A stretch of 64,000 nucleotides of DNA. Origin: Cirrosporium novae-zelandiae. Lineage: Eukaryota. Shown piece after piece: positions 12,494 through 25,169 of the stretch (within the stretch, counting starts at the first letter, position 1; the number at the start of each line of letters is the position of its first letter). The stretch covers positions 1 through 64,000 of the forward strand of contig JAPETS010000039.1 of the NCBI GenBank assembly GCA_026023565.1, given 5' to 3'. Made by a program: the position numbers and the translations under genes. The notes beneath the pieces were generated by a model that was not told where the DNA came from, ran no database searches, and saw only the letters and a program-made list of their open reading frames with translations.

Positions 12494-13604
12494 ATGTATT
12501 CCATCTTAACCATTCTGTCCCTGGTGGGCTACGCCCTAGCGACCGGCAGAACCACTGCTCCTTCTGGTGCTATCACCGTCGCAAAGTCTGGTGGTGACTA
12601 TGATACGGTATGTCTGCTATTCCAGCGTTTATAGCTGTACCACCCGGAATTTGAGTTAATTAGATTTGGGATAGATCCAATCAGCCATTGACTCTTTGAG
12701 CACGAGCTCGACGACGGCCCAGAAGGTCTTCATTAAGAGTGGCACCTACAAGGAGCAGGTCGTGATTCCCTCTCGTGCTGCCAAGTTGACCATCTATGGC
12801 TACACCACTGACATCAGCGATTATTCGGAAAACGTGGTGACCATCACCCATAGCTCTAGTTTGCTTTCGGGAGCGGCTGATGACGATCACACGGGTAAGA
12901 ATTCTAAAATTTAGCTAAACATTACCCGAACTGACAAAGACATAGGAACCGTGAGAGTCCAAAAGGGAGCTACATATGTCAAGATATACAACATCAACAT
13001 TGTCAACTCCTATGGCAAGGGATCTCAGGCTATTGCTCTCAGTGCATATGGAGACTACTTCGGCTGCTATGCTTGCCAGCTGAAGGGATACCAAGACACG
13101 CTTCTCGCACAAAATGGATACCAGGTTTACGGAAGCTGCTACATTGAGGGGGCCATTGACTTTATATTTGGACAACACGCTCGAGCTTGGATTGATAGCA
13201 GTGATATTCGGGTTTCCGCTGGCGGTGGTGCTATTACCGCCAATGGGCGTTCCAGTTCCAGCGATACGTCATACTATGTCATCCACAAAAGCTCTGTTGC
13301 CAAAACTACCAGTGGCAGTGTTTCATCAGGAACCTGCTATCTCGGCCGTCCTTGGACCGAATATGCCAGGGTTGTTGTCCAAAAGACTGTTCTTTCCGGT
13401 ATCATTAACAGCGCCGGATGGGAGGAATGGTCTACTTCGACACCAAACACAGACGACGTCTTATTTGGCGAATATGGCAACACTGGAGATGGTGCATCTG
13501 GCACCAGAGCTAGCTTTGCGACCACACTGTCTTCTGCAGTCTCGATTTCGTCGATTCTGGGATCTAGTTACTCTAGCTGGGTCGATACTGATTATTTGGC
13601 ATAA
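12494..13604 (+). CDS. Secreted pectin methylesterase (CE8), 3 exons
   Basis: Exons 12494-12607, 12675-12894, 12946-13604. Signal peptide MYSILTILSLVGYALA. Motifs IQSAID, GTYKEQV, QAIAL, GYQDTL, DFIFG and LGRPW. Confidence 0.95.
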
Positions 13605-14229
13605 ACAGCTGGAAATCTCTGGATGAGCTTACACATTAGATTCAACCTGTAAATAGTTGAAACAATATTAGCTAAAATGTGCGAAATACATTGAAAATTT
13701 GTGAATATTCAGCGATTGGTCTCACTCGGGTAAATGTTGTAGCGTAGAGGGGTTTATATAAGCTCTTCTAACTTGGTTGATCGAAAGGAGCCAAGATGGT
13801 AAAAGCATTGGGAGTTAAAGCTCGACGTTACGGTTTCAAGCACTATTTGAGTAGGCATTCATTCCCAACGTTGATTGATGCATAAACGAGGCTGTCACAG
13901 ACCACGTGAGCCTTATTTGATAATTGTTGCTCACTGGGATTTATGTGTCTTGGCTATACTTTTGTATTAAAATAGAATGCCTGTCTTGGCCTCCATTTGG
14001 ATTTTCTTTCCTACAAGGGACGAAGGATCAAACCTAAAGTGCGGCTGAATTATCTCCAATAGTTCTACCGCCCTCTTCGCATTGCGCCACCATGATTAAG
14101 ATACCCCAATCCCCCGACTGGTGGAGTAAACATACCAGTCGGAGGATCATTGACAAATAAATACTTTGCATATTTAGACAATTAGGAATCTCGCAGATGT
14201 CGGCTCACTGTGCACTTGTCAGAAACACA

Positions 14230-15968
14230 ATGGCTACAACCACCATCACAATTCCTCCAAGGGTGTCCCCGAATGTGAAGGTTCAGCGAGACCTGCCTTC
14301 TCCCAAGAAGGAATTGCCCTATAAGCAGCGTGAGAACCAAGCAAAGATTGTCTTCAACAAGGTAACATCGCTGTGTTCAAAATAAGGAATTGGTGTTAAC
14401 TATCGAGCGATATAGACCATTGCGGGGCATTACCGGAATCGCGAAAACGGTTATTCCAACGTTGGATCGCTGTTGATCACCTGGGAAAATGATGACATGA
14501 ACACTCGGGGCGAGGTCAGTATTTGAATTTAGAACATGGTACATTGTACTAATTACAATTTACAATTCTGTAGGTTAAAGCCCTGCAGTCAATTCTTAGA
14601 GATAAATTTCATTACGCGACCGATGCCTTTCAAATTCCCTCTCGACGGTCTGAAACTGCACTAGTCAAAAAGGTCTCTGATTTCGTGAATGCATACGATG
14701 ATAGTGACAACCTCATAATACTTTATTATGGTGGTCACGGCTACGTTGATGAGGAATACGATGGAACAGAGGTTCTAAAGATATCAGCTAGAGAGGAGGG
14801 TAACGGGGACATTGGAGATCCGGGTGCCTTTTTTCATGATGTTCTCAATCTTCTAAAGCGCACACATTCCGACGTGCTACTCATAGTGGACTGTTGCTTT
14901 GCTGCTAGGGCCTTCACCAACCAGGAGTTGGGTCGTCGCAAATTTGAGCTTCTAACGTCGTCGCCTGCAAACATGCAGAGTTACTCTCCAAATTCAGATA
15001 AATCCTTCACCACCCTATTGATCAAAGTCCTTGAATCCCTGTTCCAGAATGAAACGTACCAACATGGGTTTCCTACCTCCGTTCTTTATCGGCGGATATA
15101 CCATCATCCTGATGCAGATTTGGATATAAAGCCCATGCTATTTGACCAGTCTCAGTTCGATTATGGCAAGATATGGCTTCGACCCCAAGTCTCAGTCGCA
15201 TACAACGCACCACTGAACAAGCCTCCTGTCTCGTTGGATCTTAGATTGAACATCAATCTGACGAAGAGTGACGAGAAGCTTGTTGGGTTGGCTATGAATG
15301 AGCTGGCAACAGCCTTGAAATATCTACCCCATGTGCATAGCATTGACTTTCAGGAATTACATGCTGGTGACGAGACAGTTCAGAAGTTCCAGGAGGGCAT
15401 ACAAAAGGTTACGCGAATCAAGAAGGTGGTTAAAAGACTGCGGAAAGTAGCTAGAGAGGCACAGCTTAGGAGGGAGTCAGAGAAAGGAGGCCCCGGTCTG
15501 AAGCGTCCTCCGAGCTTCTATGAGGTTATGGAAAGACAAGAATCATCCGCTCAAGATTGGACAGGCTCTTTTGCAAAATTCAGTGATGGAAGTACAATGG
15601 GGGTCAAAAGAAGCCCCGGGCAAGGCCGTAGGGGGTCCGAACAGGCGAAGAGAACACAAGCCCCTATACATATTCGACGTTCTTCGACCGCCATGGCCTC
15701 GTTTTCATGGCCAATCGAAGATCGTCCGTGCAGGAAAGACATTATCTTTCGTGGCAGGCGATTGAATGACCTGCTCAACGCGTATCTCGAAGATGGGGAT
15801 GGTTCTCTTGAGGTTGAACGAGCGAAATACGAGTTAGCTTTGCTACCCCTCGCCCAGAGGAGATTGATCCGGATGAAAGAGGAACTACTGTGGTGGGTGC
15901 TATCGTTAAGCTTGTCGTATGGTATTATCTATATATTTATACCATACATCAAGATGAGTCAACGATGA
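14230..15968 (+). CDS. Caspase-like (peptidase C14 / clan CD) protein with C-terminal transmembrane anchor (~541 aa), 3 exons
   Basis: Exons 14230-14361, 14416-14514, 14574-15968 splice in frame. Motifs: YSNVGSLLITWENDD, catalytic-His LIILYYGGHG, catalytic-Cys VLLIVDCCFAA, and SFTTLL. Terminal hydrophobic helix LLWWVLSLSLSYGIIYIFIPYI. Confidence 0.8.
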
Positions 15969-17350
15969 TCTATATATAATATTTGGAAGATTTCTGTTAT
16001 GGCTTTGTTTGAGATACCCTATGCTACCTGTGGAAAAAAGATTGTTCGTCTTGGACTTGTTTGCAATGTTATGGCTGTGAGATATATAGCTAATTATACG
16101 ATATACAAATGTATCATGTTCGGTCTCGATTGACCATGCAATAAAGAAGACGTTGCAAAGTGTAGGAGTTTGTGCCGAAGGCGGAGTTGTACAAGACTCG
16201 CTGTCCGATTCCTAAAATAATAGAATGACTAGCAGGTCGCCGGTGAAGGAGGAGTTTGATTGGTTGAAAAATGGCCCCCACGATGAGGCTGCAGGAAAAG
16301 CATCGTTGGGCCTTAGCAATCACGCAGCGAAGGAGGGGCAGCTGCAGCCTTTTCTTTCAGAGGCTCGTTCGATAAGCATGAACTTGGCCGCTTTGCTTCG
16401 CTTTGCTTTGCTTTGCTTTGCCATTTTTCTACATAAAAAGAACCAACTGTTCTCAACTCACCAGAAACAGTTCCTGTAGGTGCTTTCGTTTTGACGTGGC
16501 CCAACCAAGAGCAAAATGTCAGAAGAAAACCAGGTAAGGCCAGTGTGTGATTCCTGGAGGATTGGCATTCCATTCGCTTTTTCTGACGGTAGCCAACACC
16601 CTGGTTAGACTCAACCTACCGACGAATCGATACCTGAAAATTCAGGCCCGGACTGGCGGTCACATATTTCGAGGAAGAAGGATAAAAATGCTGCCAATGT
16701 AAGTCAATCAGGTAACCGGTTATTATATAGTTCAAGGTTATAAGATGCTGATGGAAAACATGGCAGTACGTAACACTCTACAACAAAGGAGACCAGGTCT
16801 GGCTGAAAGGTGCGCGATCGCTCCAAGGCCCCTACACCATCTCAGCGGTTCACGGTGACCGGACCTATCAATTGGTGGATGATTATGGAATGATTTGCAA
16901 AGATGGAGTGAGAGAAAAGGATCTGAAGCTTCGATGACTTGATCTGGAAGCTGGTTCGGGAGTAATTGATTGATTGATTGATTATCTGCTTTTACGAGGG
17001 GATCTAAGGGTTCATGCGCAATCATTGGGGGGCAGAACCCGGTGGTGGTACAAATTGATTGAGACAGAGTTTGCCCGAGTCTGTTCATCGGTGAATGTAT
17101 TTGAGAGGATGATTTCCAATCGATGTTTAGTGTTTTGGGGGCAATGTTTGATGGTGTAGAATATTGAGGCGCAAGGCAGATCGAAGTGGGAGTAGAGAAA
17201 AATAGTCAGCTGAAATGTCTGGATTAACCTGGCCACAATCTTATTAAGTGGATGCTATGGTGGTGGTGGAGGTAGTGGTGGTGCCGAGTGAGAGGGCACA
17301 GCCTCATGGATAGCTGGACTTGTAGGTCCCGATGGCCGATGAAGGATGTC

Positions 17351-17390
17351 TCATGCCGCCTCATGCCGCCTCATGCCGCCTCATACAGCC
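17351..17390. repeat. Tandem 10-mer TCATGCCGCC x3 plus a degenerate copy
   Basis: Read directly, ~150 nt upstream of the DUF6594-type gene. Confidence 0.8.
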
Positions 17391-17540
17391 TCTTGCATAA
17401 GCCTCTTGCAATGCCTATACGATCTGCTGTTCTTCGGAACTAGAATATATCCTCTTTAGATATCTAGAAGTCTTGTCAGTCTATTACAGTCATTCAGCAG
17501 GAAAAAAATACAATTTAATTATTTGCTGATTCGACTTTGA

Positions 17541-19311
17541 ATGATGGATTCTGCATCTCCCATCCCGTCCACACCAAGACCTACTACCGCCCACACTACC
17601 CAAGATGCCGTCATTTCAATTGATAACATCGACCTGGAAAAGGGTTCATCCCCATATACTCCATCATCCCCAGATGGTAGTACCACACTCGCCGATCCAG
17701 ATGAACCAAGAAGTAAGCCTTGAAATTTGTTGCTTACCACTTTTTGTCTGACCTCTTCCAAGGTCCAAAAAGCATAACCCGTCAATTCACCGATCGTTTG
17801 AAAAAAATATCTCCCTCTGCTAGTTTTCCTATCTCTATCAAAGAAAAGTTCACACCTGCAAAATATGATGAAAATGATGAAAATATCCAAAGAAGTAAGT
17901 ATTCTTTTGACTGGAAGCTATGATTGGTGAACAATTCCTGACTCTCTGATCCAGTTGATTTCCATCCGCAAGGATACCCACGCCTGGCTGCGTTCATTAA
18001 CAGCGATGAAAATTTCATGATGTGCCGACGTTTTGGCTTTTTACATACCCGTGTATTATTATATCGACAGGACGAGCTCCGAGAGCTCGAGGACCAGCTT
18101 ATCTGTCTGGATCAGGAAGACTTTGAAGAGAATCCCAAGCTGCTACAATCGAGAGCACTCGATGATGCACAAGAAGGATCATTCCGAAGAGGCCTGATAC
18201 AGACAATTGATGATAAGCTCAAGGAATATGGTACGACCACTACTTATCCTCACTACAGACTTCTCTAACAGGCCTGGAAGACGAACTCGTAACGAGATGT
18301 AGAGAATTTGCAACTCTCAAACGAACGACTAATCGTAATTACAACAGTCTTCGTGACTGGATGTTCAACGAGAAGCCTCTCTCAGAAGAAGAGAGCGAAT
18401 TCGTCAATTGCGACGAGGATTTCATTGCTCTCGCAGAGCCCGAAGAAGGTGGTTGGTTCGACGGTTTCATCGAGGACATGCTGAGCAAAGTCCCTTGTAA
18501 ATTCACACGCGTAAGCTTTTCTCTTCAAATGCTTTTTTAGTTTATATATTTGAAGTAGTTTTTTTAACTCTAGTTTTCTAGCTCCTCTTCACATCCGCGG
18601 CCCAACGCAAAAAATCAGCCGATCCATATGTCCACTACTACGCCAAATCCCGCATCGACGTCCTCGTCCGCCTCTTCATTTGCGTCATTGCGGTTGCCCT
18701 CCTCATGGCCCCAGTAGCCGTCCTCTACATCGGCGAGCTCGGCAACCGAGACGTCCTGAAAATCATCGTTATCTTACTGTTCACGCTCATCTTTTGCGTT
18801 GCGTTATGCGTGTGTACGAAGGCGAAACGGCATGAAGTTTTTGGGGCAACTGCTGCGTAGGACTCCCCTCCCCCCTCCTTTCCCCTTTTGTATTTTTATT
18901 TATTTCTACTTGTCCTTGATTTCGAGAAAGTTGTGGTTGTCTCCTCTAGCAGGACTGTAGGATACGGGTTTTACCCGGGGCTTTTTGTACGGCACTTCAC
19001 TTCATGTATCACGTACTCCATGTACTCAGCCACCTGTTACTTAATTTGTACTACTACTCCGAAGAACTACCATGGGCGACAGTACCTACTGTATTCTGCA
19101 CACACACCGCCCGATTGTCAAAAGTGGTGTATATTAAACTGTCTACGAACAAACCAAGAAATAACTATATTCGCCTCGCGGCTTTTCAGACATGATCTTT
19201 CAAACATCTTTTTTTTGTCTATTTATGAGAGATTTATAATTAGACACCGGCTAACATAACCCTATCAGATACACCGCCGTTCTTGTTGTCTTTTTGGGGA
19301 ATTTGTCATGA
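17541..19311 (+). CDS. DUF6594-type fungal membrane protein, 6 exons
   Basis: Exons 17541-17712, 17763-17894, 17955-18230, 18281-18510, 18582-18856, 19269-19311. Family signature GYPRLAAFINSDENFMMCRRFGFLHTRVLLYRQDELRELE, then C-terminal TM helices ending AKRHEVFGATAAYTAVLVVFLGN. Confidence 0.85.
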
Positions 19312-19749
19312 TACCAGCGCCTCAGGCACCGGCGACCCTCAGGCACCATCACTGAAGGGTTTTCTCTGCCTGAGTCGACAGACAGGCAAGCAAGCCTCAG
19401 ACACTAATTCACAAGGCTATCTAGCCTAGCTGCAAGCTAGCTACTACCCGACAAGGCAAAGCAAGCCTTGGGGTGTAAGGCCTGAGAAAACGGTCATTTT
19501 ATGAATATGAATTAAACAAGGGTAGGCAGGCAGACTTCTCTCGGTCCTGCTCGAGCCCACAAAGAGGCCAGCTGAGAGTTTCAACCTAGCCTGAGTAGAT
19601 TGAGTGCACATGTTAGCTTACCATTTATTCACTGAGTTCGAGCGACCTGCGTGGAGTGGACTTGATGAAGGACGTGTTCCATGAATAACGATTCCCATGA
19701 ATTTCATGAATTTTTTTCGAATTAACAAAAGGAGTGCACTTGGAGAAAA

Positions 19750-21750
19750 GTGATACTTTCTGTATATACATGTCTGTCTGTCTTGTATTCATTCATTCTT
19801 CAACTAACTTTAGCTTTTGGTAGGCACATCTGCCTAGGTAATAGTAATAGTTAGACAGGGCTGAATATAAAAGCAGCAAGCGCGTCAATACAGACAGTAC
19901 AGTATAAATATAAATATAATAAAAAATAACTAAAATTAGACCAACAGGGTACAGTAAGTAGTAAGTAGTACTACCGAAACCAAATAAGAAGAAGAAATAT
20001 GATATTTATATGTATGCTAGTGACGCAAAAGTAATGAATGATGATGATGATAATAGCTTTTCGAAAATGCTTCCTTCCTTCCTTTCTGTAGGTAAAGAGA
20101 CAACAAAAAACAAAAAAAAAAGTCGAAACGCTTAGGTTAGGTTATTTGATAAATTAGGTTAGATGGGTAAGGTAGTTGTTCTTCTGTATATTTAGGTAGG
20201 CAGGTAGGTACTTTAGGTAGAGAATGGACTCAGTGACAAACACAAGGCTTTAATAGGGGATGCTTTGGGCTACCTATGGGGGGAATAGGATATATGGGAT
20301 ATGGGATATGGGGATGATTGGTCCTTAGCTTAAACTTATAAGTCAACGTTCTATTATCTACTCATCATATCTATTTCCAGCTATGTTATGCTATTTATAT
20401 CTATTCATACATAAAGTAACCGTGTTCCCTTGTTCCTTAAGAAGAAGAATGAAAGGAAAGGAAGGGAAATGAAAAGGAAAGGGGGATGGATAGCTTGTGG
20501 ATACTTGTGGATAACTTGTGGATTTTGTAGATTGGCTATATAGATTTGGAATGGGGAGAGGGAGGTATAGGAGGTGTTGTTGGTATGGATTGGAGGAGGT
20601 AATGGAGGAGGGGGAGGTATGTATAATTATACAATATTATACGAATAAAATAAAATACCGTTCGTCCATCCGTCCATTTTATTCTTTTCTTTTATTTCCT
20701 CTATCATTATTATTATCATATCAGTTATTACAGTAAATAAATATTTGGTTAATAATAGCATTAAGATATAGGTAGGTAGATAGGTAGGTAGGTCTACCTA
20801 TTCTCTTCTTTTTCTTTTTTCTTTTCTCTCTTCATCTTTCTATCACTCCCTTCCTTCCTCTCACACCATCCAATCCAATTCAATCCCAACCTCCCCCCCC
20901 CCTCTCCTCTTTCTAGCCATGGGGCATTGTCGTTGTCATTGTCATTGTCATCAATATGGACACCCCCTGCCTACCCAGCTTTTTTAAAATCGAACCCCTC
21001 TCCCCCCTTTCACGACTAATCAACCAACCAAACCAACTAGTTCCAAAGTAAAGTAAAGTAAAGTAGTTAAGTTGGTTTTTGGGGAGGAGGGGGGGGAGGT
21101 ATATAGGCAGACAGATAGTGATTCGAAATGAATAGAAGTAAAAAAAAAAAAAAGAGAAAGAACTTTACTAGACCAGAAACGAAAAAAGTATAAATAACTT
21201 GAAAGGGAAAGTAGAAATGAAGAAATGAAGAGTTAGGTGGTTTTTGGAAATTTATGGTATATGAATGGATGAATGGGTATGTATCCGGGGGAGGTTTTCA
21301 GGGGGTAGAATGAAAAATAAAAAAAATATAATAGGCGATAACGATAGGGATATAGATGATCTAAAGATCCCTCCCTTCTTCTCTCACCTTTTTGGGGGGG
21401 GTTGGATTGGATTGGGATTTTCTTGAGAGATTAATGAATCATTTGCGGAATTATGGGATTCTGGAATCTGGATCTGGATTTGGGGGTCTGGGGAGTTTTT
21501 TTGGGGGGGGGGTATTTGTTGGTTATGGAGAATGGAGAATGGAGAGTGAAGGCGAAAGGGAGGGGAAGGGATTGAGACGAAAATATGGTATCTGGAGTAA
21601 GAATGCAAAAAAACAAGCCTGGCACAAGTAAGGGATTTATGAGAGGAAGATGCTAGGGTTCTAGTTCTAATTTAGTTCTGGGTTTGATTGATTGAATTAT
21701 TGATTTTTGGTATAAAAAGAAAAAGAAGAACTGCCTAATTATTTATTCGC
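19750..21750. repeat. AT-rich low-complexity intergenic block with microsatellites (TAGG, AAAGT, GGGATAT, homopolymer runs)
   Basis: Many short simple repeats and poly-A/G/C runs; no credible ORF. Confidence 0.7.
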
Positions 21751-21850
21751 CTTCACCTCCCTCTGCAGTCTCGTAATCCCAGCGCCGCCTTGGCTGGCGC
21801 GCGTACTGTAACTTAACTAACAACCAAACTTTGTGATTCTCTTCAACTCT

Positions 21851-22924
21851 CTAACGAGCCACACCAATCTCACTCTCATCATTCCCCCCACCCATCCCCG
21901 CCTCCTCAATCTCTCTCCCCATCTGCTCCAAAAATGCAATCGCCTTCGGAAAGAACCCATACATCCAATAATCCTTCAAGTAGTTGCTTTGCCTCGTAAG
22001 GTACAACCAGACGTTGGCACGCTTCCAAGTATGTCTCGCCCGGTCGCCATCGCGGTTCCAGAGGTGCCCCTGCACCTTCCAGTCATTGCCCTGCTTGGTC
22101 CACACAGCGTCCAAAAGCTTCGTGAGTAGTTCGTCGGCGGGGCCATCTGACACGCGCGTCGTGATTGTCTGGCGCAAGTGCTGGAAGTCCAGAGCCATGT
22201 GCTCGTACTCTGTGGGACGGAGGGAGGTGGTCATGTCGGGCTGGTAGGACATTAGTGCCAACTGCATGAGGAGGTCGATGGCTTGTTCGAGGCCGTTGGG
22301 GGGTAAGGTGGAGAGTGCGGTGATTAGGGGTAGGTGGAAGGCTGCTTCGGCGCTGAAGGTGGGGGGTTCGATGCGGGGACGCAGCTCGTCGTGGGTGTGG
22401 GCGTGGAGGAGGTCTTTGTAGGTGTGGAAGATCTCGTCGGAGATGTGGGCGTGTTTGGAGGTTGCTGTTGGGGGGTGGGTTAGCTTTGTGTTGGAGTTGG
22501 GTTTGGGTTGGGTTTTTGGTGCTAAGGGGGAGGGGAGGTGAGGTGAGAGTAAAAGGGGGGTGAAAAAAAAAAGAAATAAGATTTGATTTCTTCTGGACTT
22601 ACTGATTTCGGTTTCACTGGCCTCCAGATTCGACTTGAGCTCCTCGTTTTTTGCTCTGAGCACCGTGTTTTCGGCGTTGAGGTCCGCCATCTGGTGCTCG
22701 AGGTCTCTGTTTCTCTGTTCAAGGTAAGACATTATTAGGGAAGGTGGCTCTTCACGTCTTTCTTCGTGGGTTTGGAGAAGCTGAGGTGAGGTTGGTTGAG
22801 GAGGTTGTGCTCCTGTTGAGTTGGTGATGGTGGTAGATCGGCGGCGTCGGAATGAAAAGGTTCTCCCTGGGAGATTGGTGAGAGAGTGGGGAAGGTTCAG
22901 AGAGAACCGGCGTGAGAGAGGCAT
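21851..22924 (-). CDS. Hypothetical protein with N-terminal coiled coil (~311 aa), 2 exons
   Basis: The ORF reads through an in-frame 138-nt intron (22602-22465, GTAAGT...GCTAAC...CAG). Heptad segment LEQRNRDLEHQMADLNAENTVLRAKNEELKSNLE. Confidence 0.6.
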   Translation of the reverse strand: MPLSRRFSLNLPHSLTNLPGRTFSFRRRRSTTITNSTGAQPPQPTSPQLLQTHEERREEPPSLIMSYLEQRNRDLEHQMADLNAENTVLRAKNEELKSNLEASETEISKSRRNQILFLFFFTPLLLSPHLPSPLAPKTQPKPNSNTKLTHPPTATSKHAHISDEIFHTYKDLLHAHTHDELRPRIEPPTFSAEAAFHLPLITALSTLPPNGLEQAIDLLMQLALMSYQPDMTTSLRPTEYEHMALDFQHLRQTITTRVSDGPADELLTKLLDAVWTKQGNDWKVQGHLWNRDGDRARHTWKRANVWLYLTRQSNYLKDYWMYGFFPKAIAFLEQMGREIEEAGMGGGNDESEIGVAR

Positions 22925-24406
22925 TTTATGGTGTCGCCGAGAATGCGGCTGAGTAGGGGGGCGGCTGGTGTCGAGATATGTTTTGTGGATGGGTACCAGG
23001 AGCGGGGCGGCGACAATAGCGGAGAGTGTTGTCGAGAGGAGTGAGGGGCGTACGCTGCGAAGGTATTGTTAGTCAACGAGAGAATGGAAGGATTGGGCAA
23101 CGATACCACCAATGTGCCAAGCCAAGGCTAGAATAGGGAAGAAGATGCTTACAGTTTGTGCTTGGGAATATTTTGAAGAAAAGAGATAGCACTCGGAAGA
23201 CACCGTCTGGTAGAGGTTGCAAATCTACATGATGAGAAACTTGTGTACCATAATTCATGCCTAAGGGGAGTCTCCAATGCGGCCCATACAAGTCCATTCT
23301 AGTGAACATCAGGACCTACCTCAAGCTTATCCCTGGCAATTGATTCCATATCTTTACTAATTCTACCGTTGCCGTACAATGGTATATAGAGTTGACCTCA
23401 AGACAGGGCCGACTTTTCTATGGCCCCTATACATCTTTTAATTTTGTTGGAAGATGGGTTGGCTATGCTCTTGTGATATCTTTTGAACTCCAACGAAATA
23501 CCGGACCTTTTCTTGTGCAGCAGTGGGCTTCTTTTACTCTCACCCTATACGCCAAGTGATTATGCTGTTCCATCATATATGAACGGGCTTAACGGTCTCA
23601 AACAATGAGCCCAAAGAGTACTTTGCTGCTGGAACCCGAACCAAAAGCTATGCACTTCGTCGTTTGGTTTCGTCAAGTCTTTGATATAGCTCTTTAAGAA
23701 AGAATACACAATCTTAAGCGGAAGTCGAGAACACCGCTGTGTCTAGGACTAGGACTAAAGACGGCTTTGGCGTCTACGTTAGTCGTGGTTTAAAGGAAAC
23801 AAGACCATTGCAGCATATAAGGAAGAAAGGGATAAAGGACCGAGGCAAGGAGCCCTGTTAATAAGCCTGTGGATTGTCTTAGCCCTATCCAATATGAACA
23901 TAATCTTTTGATGTTGCCAACCAACCAAGCATTGAGAGTTTTAAAGGAAAGATTTTTTTTTTAAAAATGATAATAAAACGCATGGCTAATGAAAGATGTG
24001 ACAAACAAAGCAAAATGTCAAGTGAGGGAATCCTGTCTCTCCTGCAAATATATATGCCTTGTAAGGCTATCATGGTAGTTGTCTATTTAATGAACGGCGC
24101 AGCACCAATCGTTGCCTCAGAGCTGAAAGACATGGGGTCAAGTTTGAAGGCAGATTGACAAATGATGCTAGTATACTGTACAGTACCAGGCAATAAGCAG
24201 TATCCATCGATCCCTTTAAGGCAGTGCCTTTGGAGAAATGGATATTAGCGTGGTTTTGTTCGAGGATGAAGTTCATAGTCTATATATCTATGGTCCAATT
24301 AACCATAACCAAATAGATAACCAAATAACCCGACTATTCCCAATTTGCCATGACTAACATATATTAGTCTAGCGTTCTCGGGTCAAATCACAACCGAGCA
24401 CGTGCC

Positions 24407-24440
24407 AAAGTACCTACCTAGGTACCTAGGTAGGTACTTT
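24407..24440. repeat. Perfect 34-bp palindrome
   Basis: AAAGTACCTACCTAGGT|ACCTAGGTAGGTACTTT is its own reverse complement. Confidence 0.9.
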
Positions 24441-25169
24441 ATCACAAAAGAGTAGGCCAGAGAGGTTTCCTTTAGCAACTCTGAGGCAATGAAACTATCA
24501 TTCCCTAAACTTCGAGGAATCCGTCTTTTCCCATGATACTTTCATATTCAACATGGTCGTACAATCTCTTTCCAAGTTCGAATCCTTGCAGATCATTTGT
24601 AACTTCAGGAATCATTGCCAGTTAATCCCCTATGCTATTCCTTAGATTTCAGGCCAAGCTTGAACATTTAGGAGAACAACCAGAAGGATTAGATCTTAGC
24701 CATATGATTCTACGATGCTGAAAGACTATTCAGGAAATTCAAAGTTGAAATATTCCTAGACATCCCTTAGCGAGGCAATGACATTCCAGCCTTTCACTGT
24801 CTCGAATGTTGAAAGCCGCAAGACTCAACCACCCCTCTATCTTTGCTGCAAGGTAGCCGTCATTATGCAGGGATACATCATTCCAAACATATTATTAACT
24901 AAACTTGAGCGCAAAACGCCTAATCACCCTGGCGTGGCACAGGCGGCGTGGATGCTCAAGTGGTGTCTGCGTTGGCTCATCTCTTCCTGAATCTTGTAGC
25001 TGAGCATAGCATCACAGAGAATTCACCAGAAATATATTGTCCCATAGATAGGCACTCACTTTTTTTCGAGCTTTATCAATCGAATGTCACCTACAAGCAA
25101 CTTATTCATTTTCTAACAACCACAATTTATAGCTTACCGCAGCATCACCTCTGATATCTGAAATACAAC

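Noticed and set aside
13770..13850. tRNA/SINE-like A-box and B-box resemblance (GAGCCAAGATGGTAAAAGC...GGTTTCAAGC)
   Set aside because: No acceptor stem or cloverleaf could be built. tRNAscan-SE would settle it.
16100..17330. Possible third gene between the caspase-like and DUF6594 genes
   Set aside because: Only short overlapping ORFs on both strands; I could not build a consistent spliced model. A pseudogene cannot be excluded.
17351..17410. Short direct repeats as a CRISPR-like array
   Set aside because: The 10-nt units are contiguous with no spacers, and the context is eukaryotic.
20130..20222. TTAGG/TAGG runs as telomeric repeats
   Set aside because: Few, irregular copies inside a general microsatellite block; not a (TTAGGG)n array.
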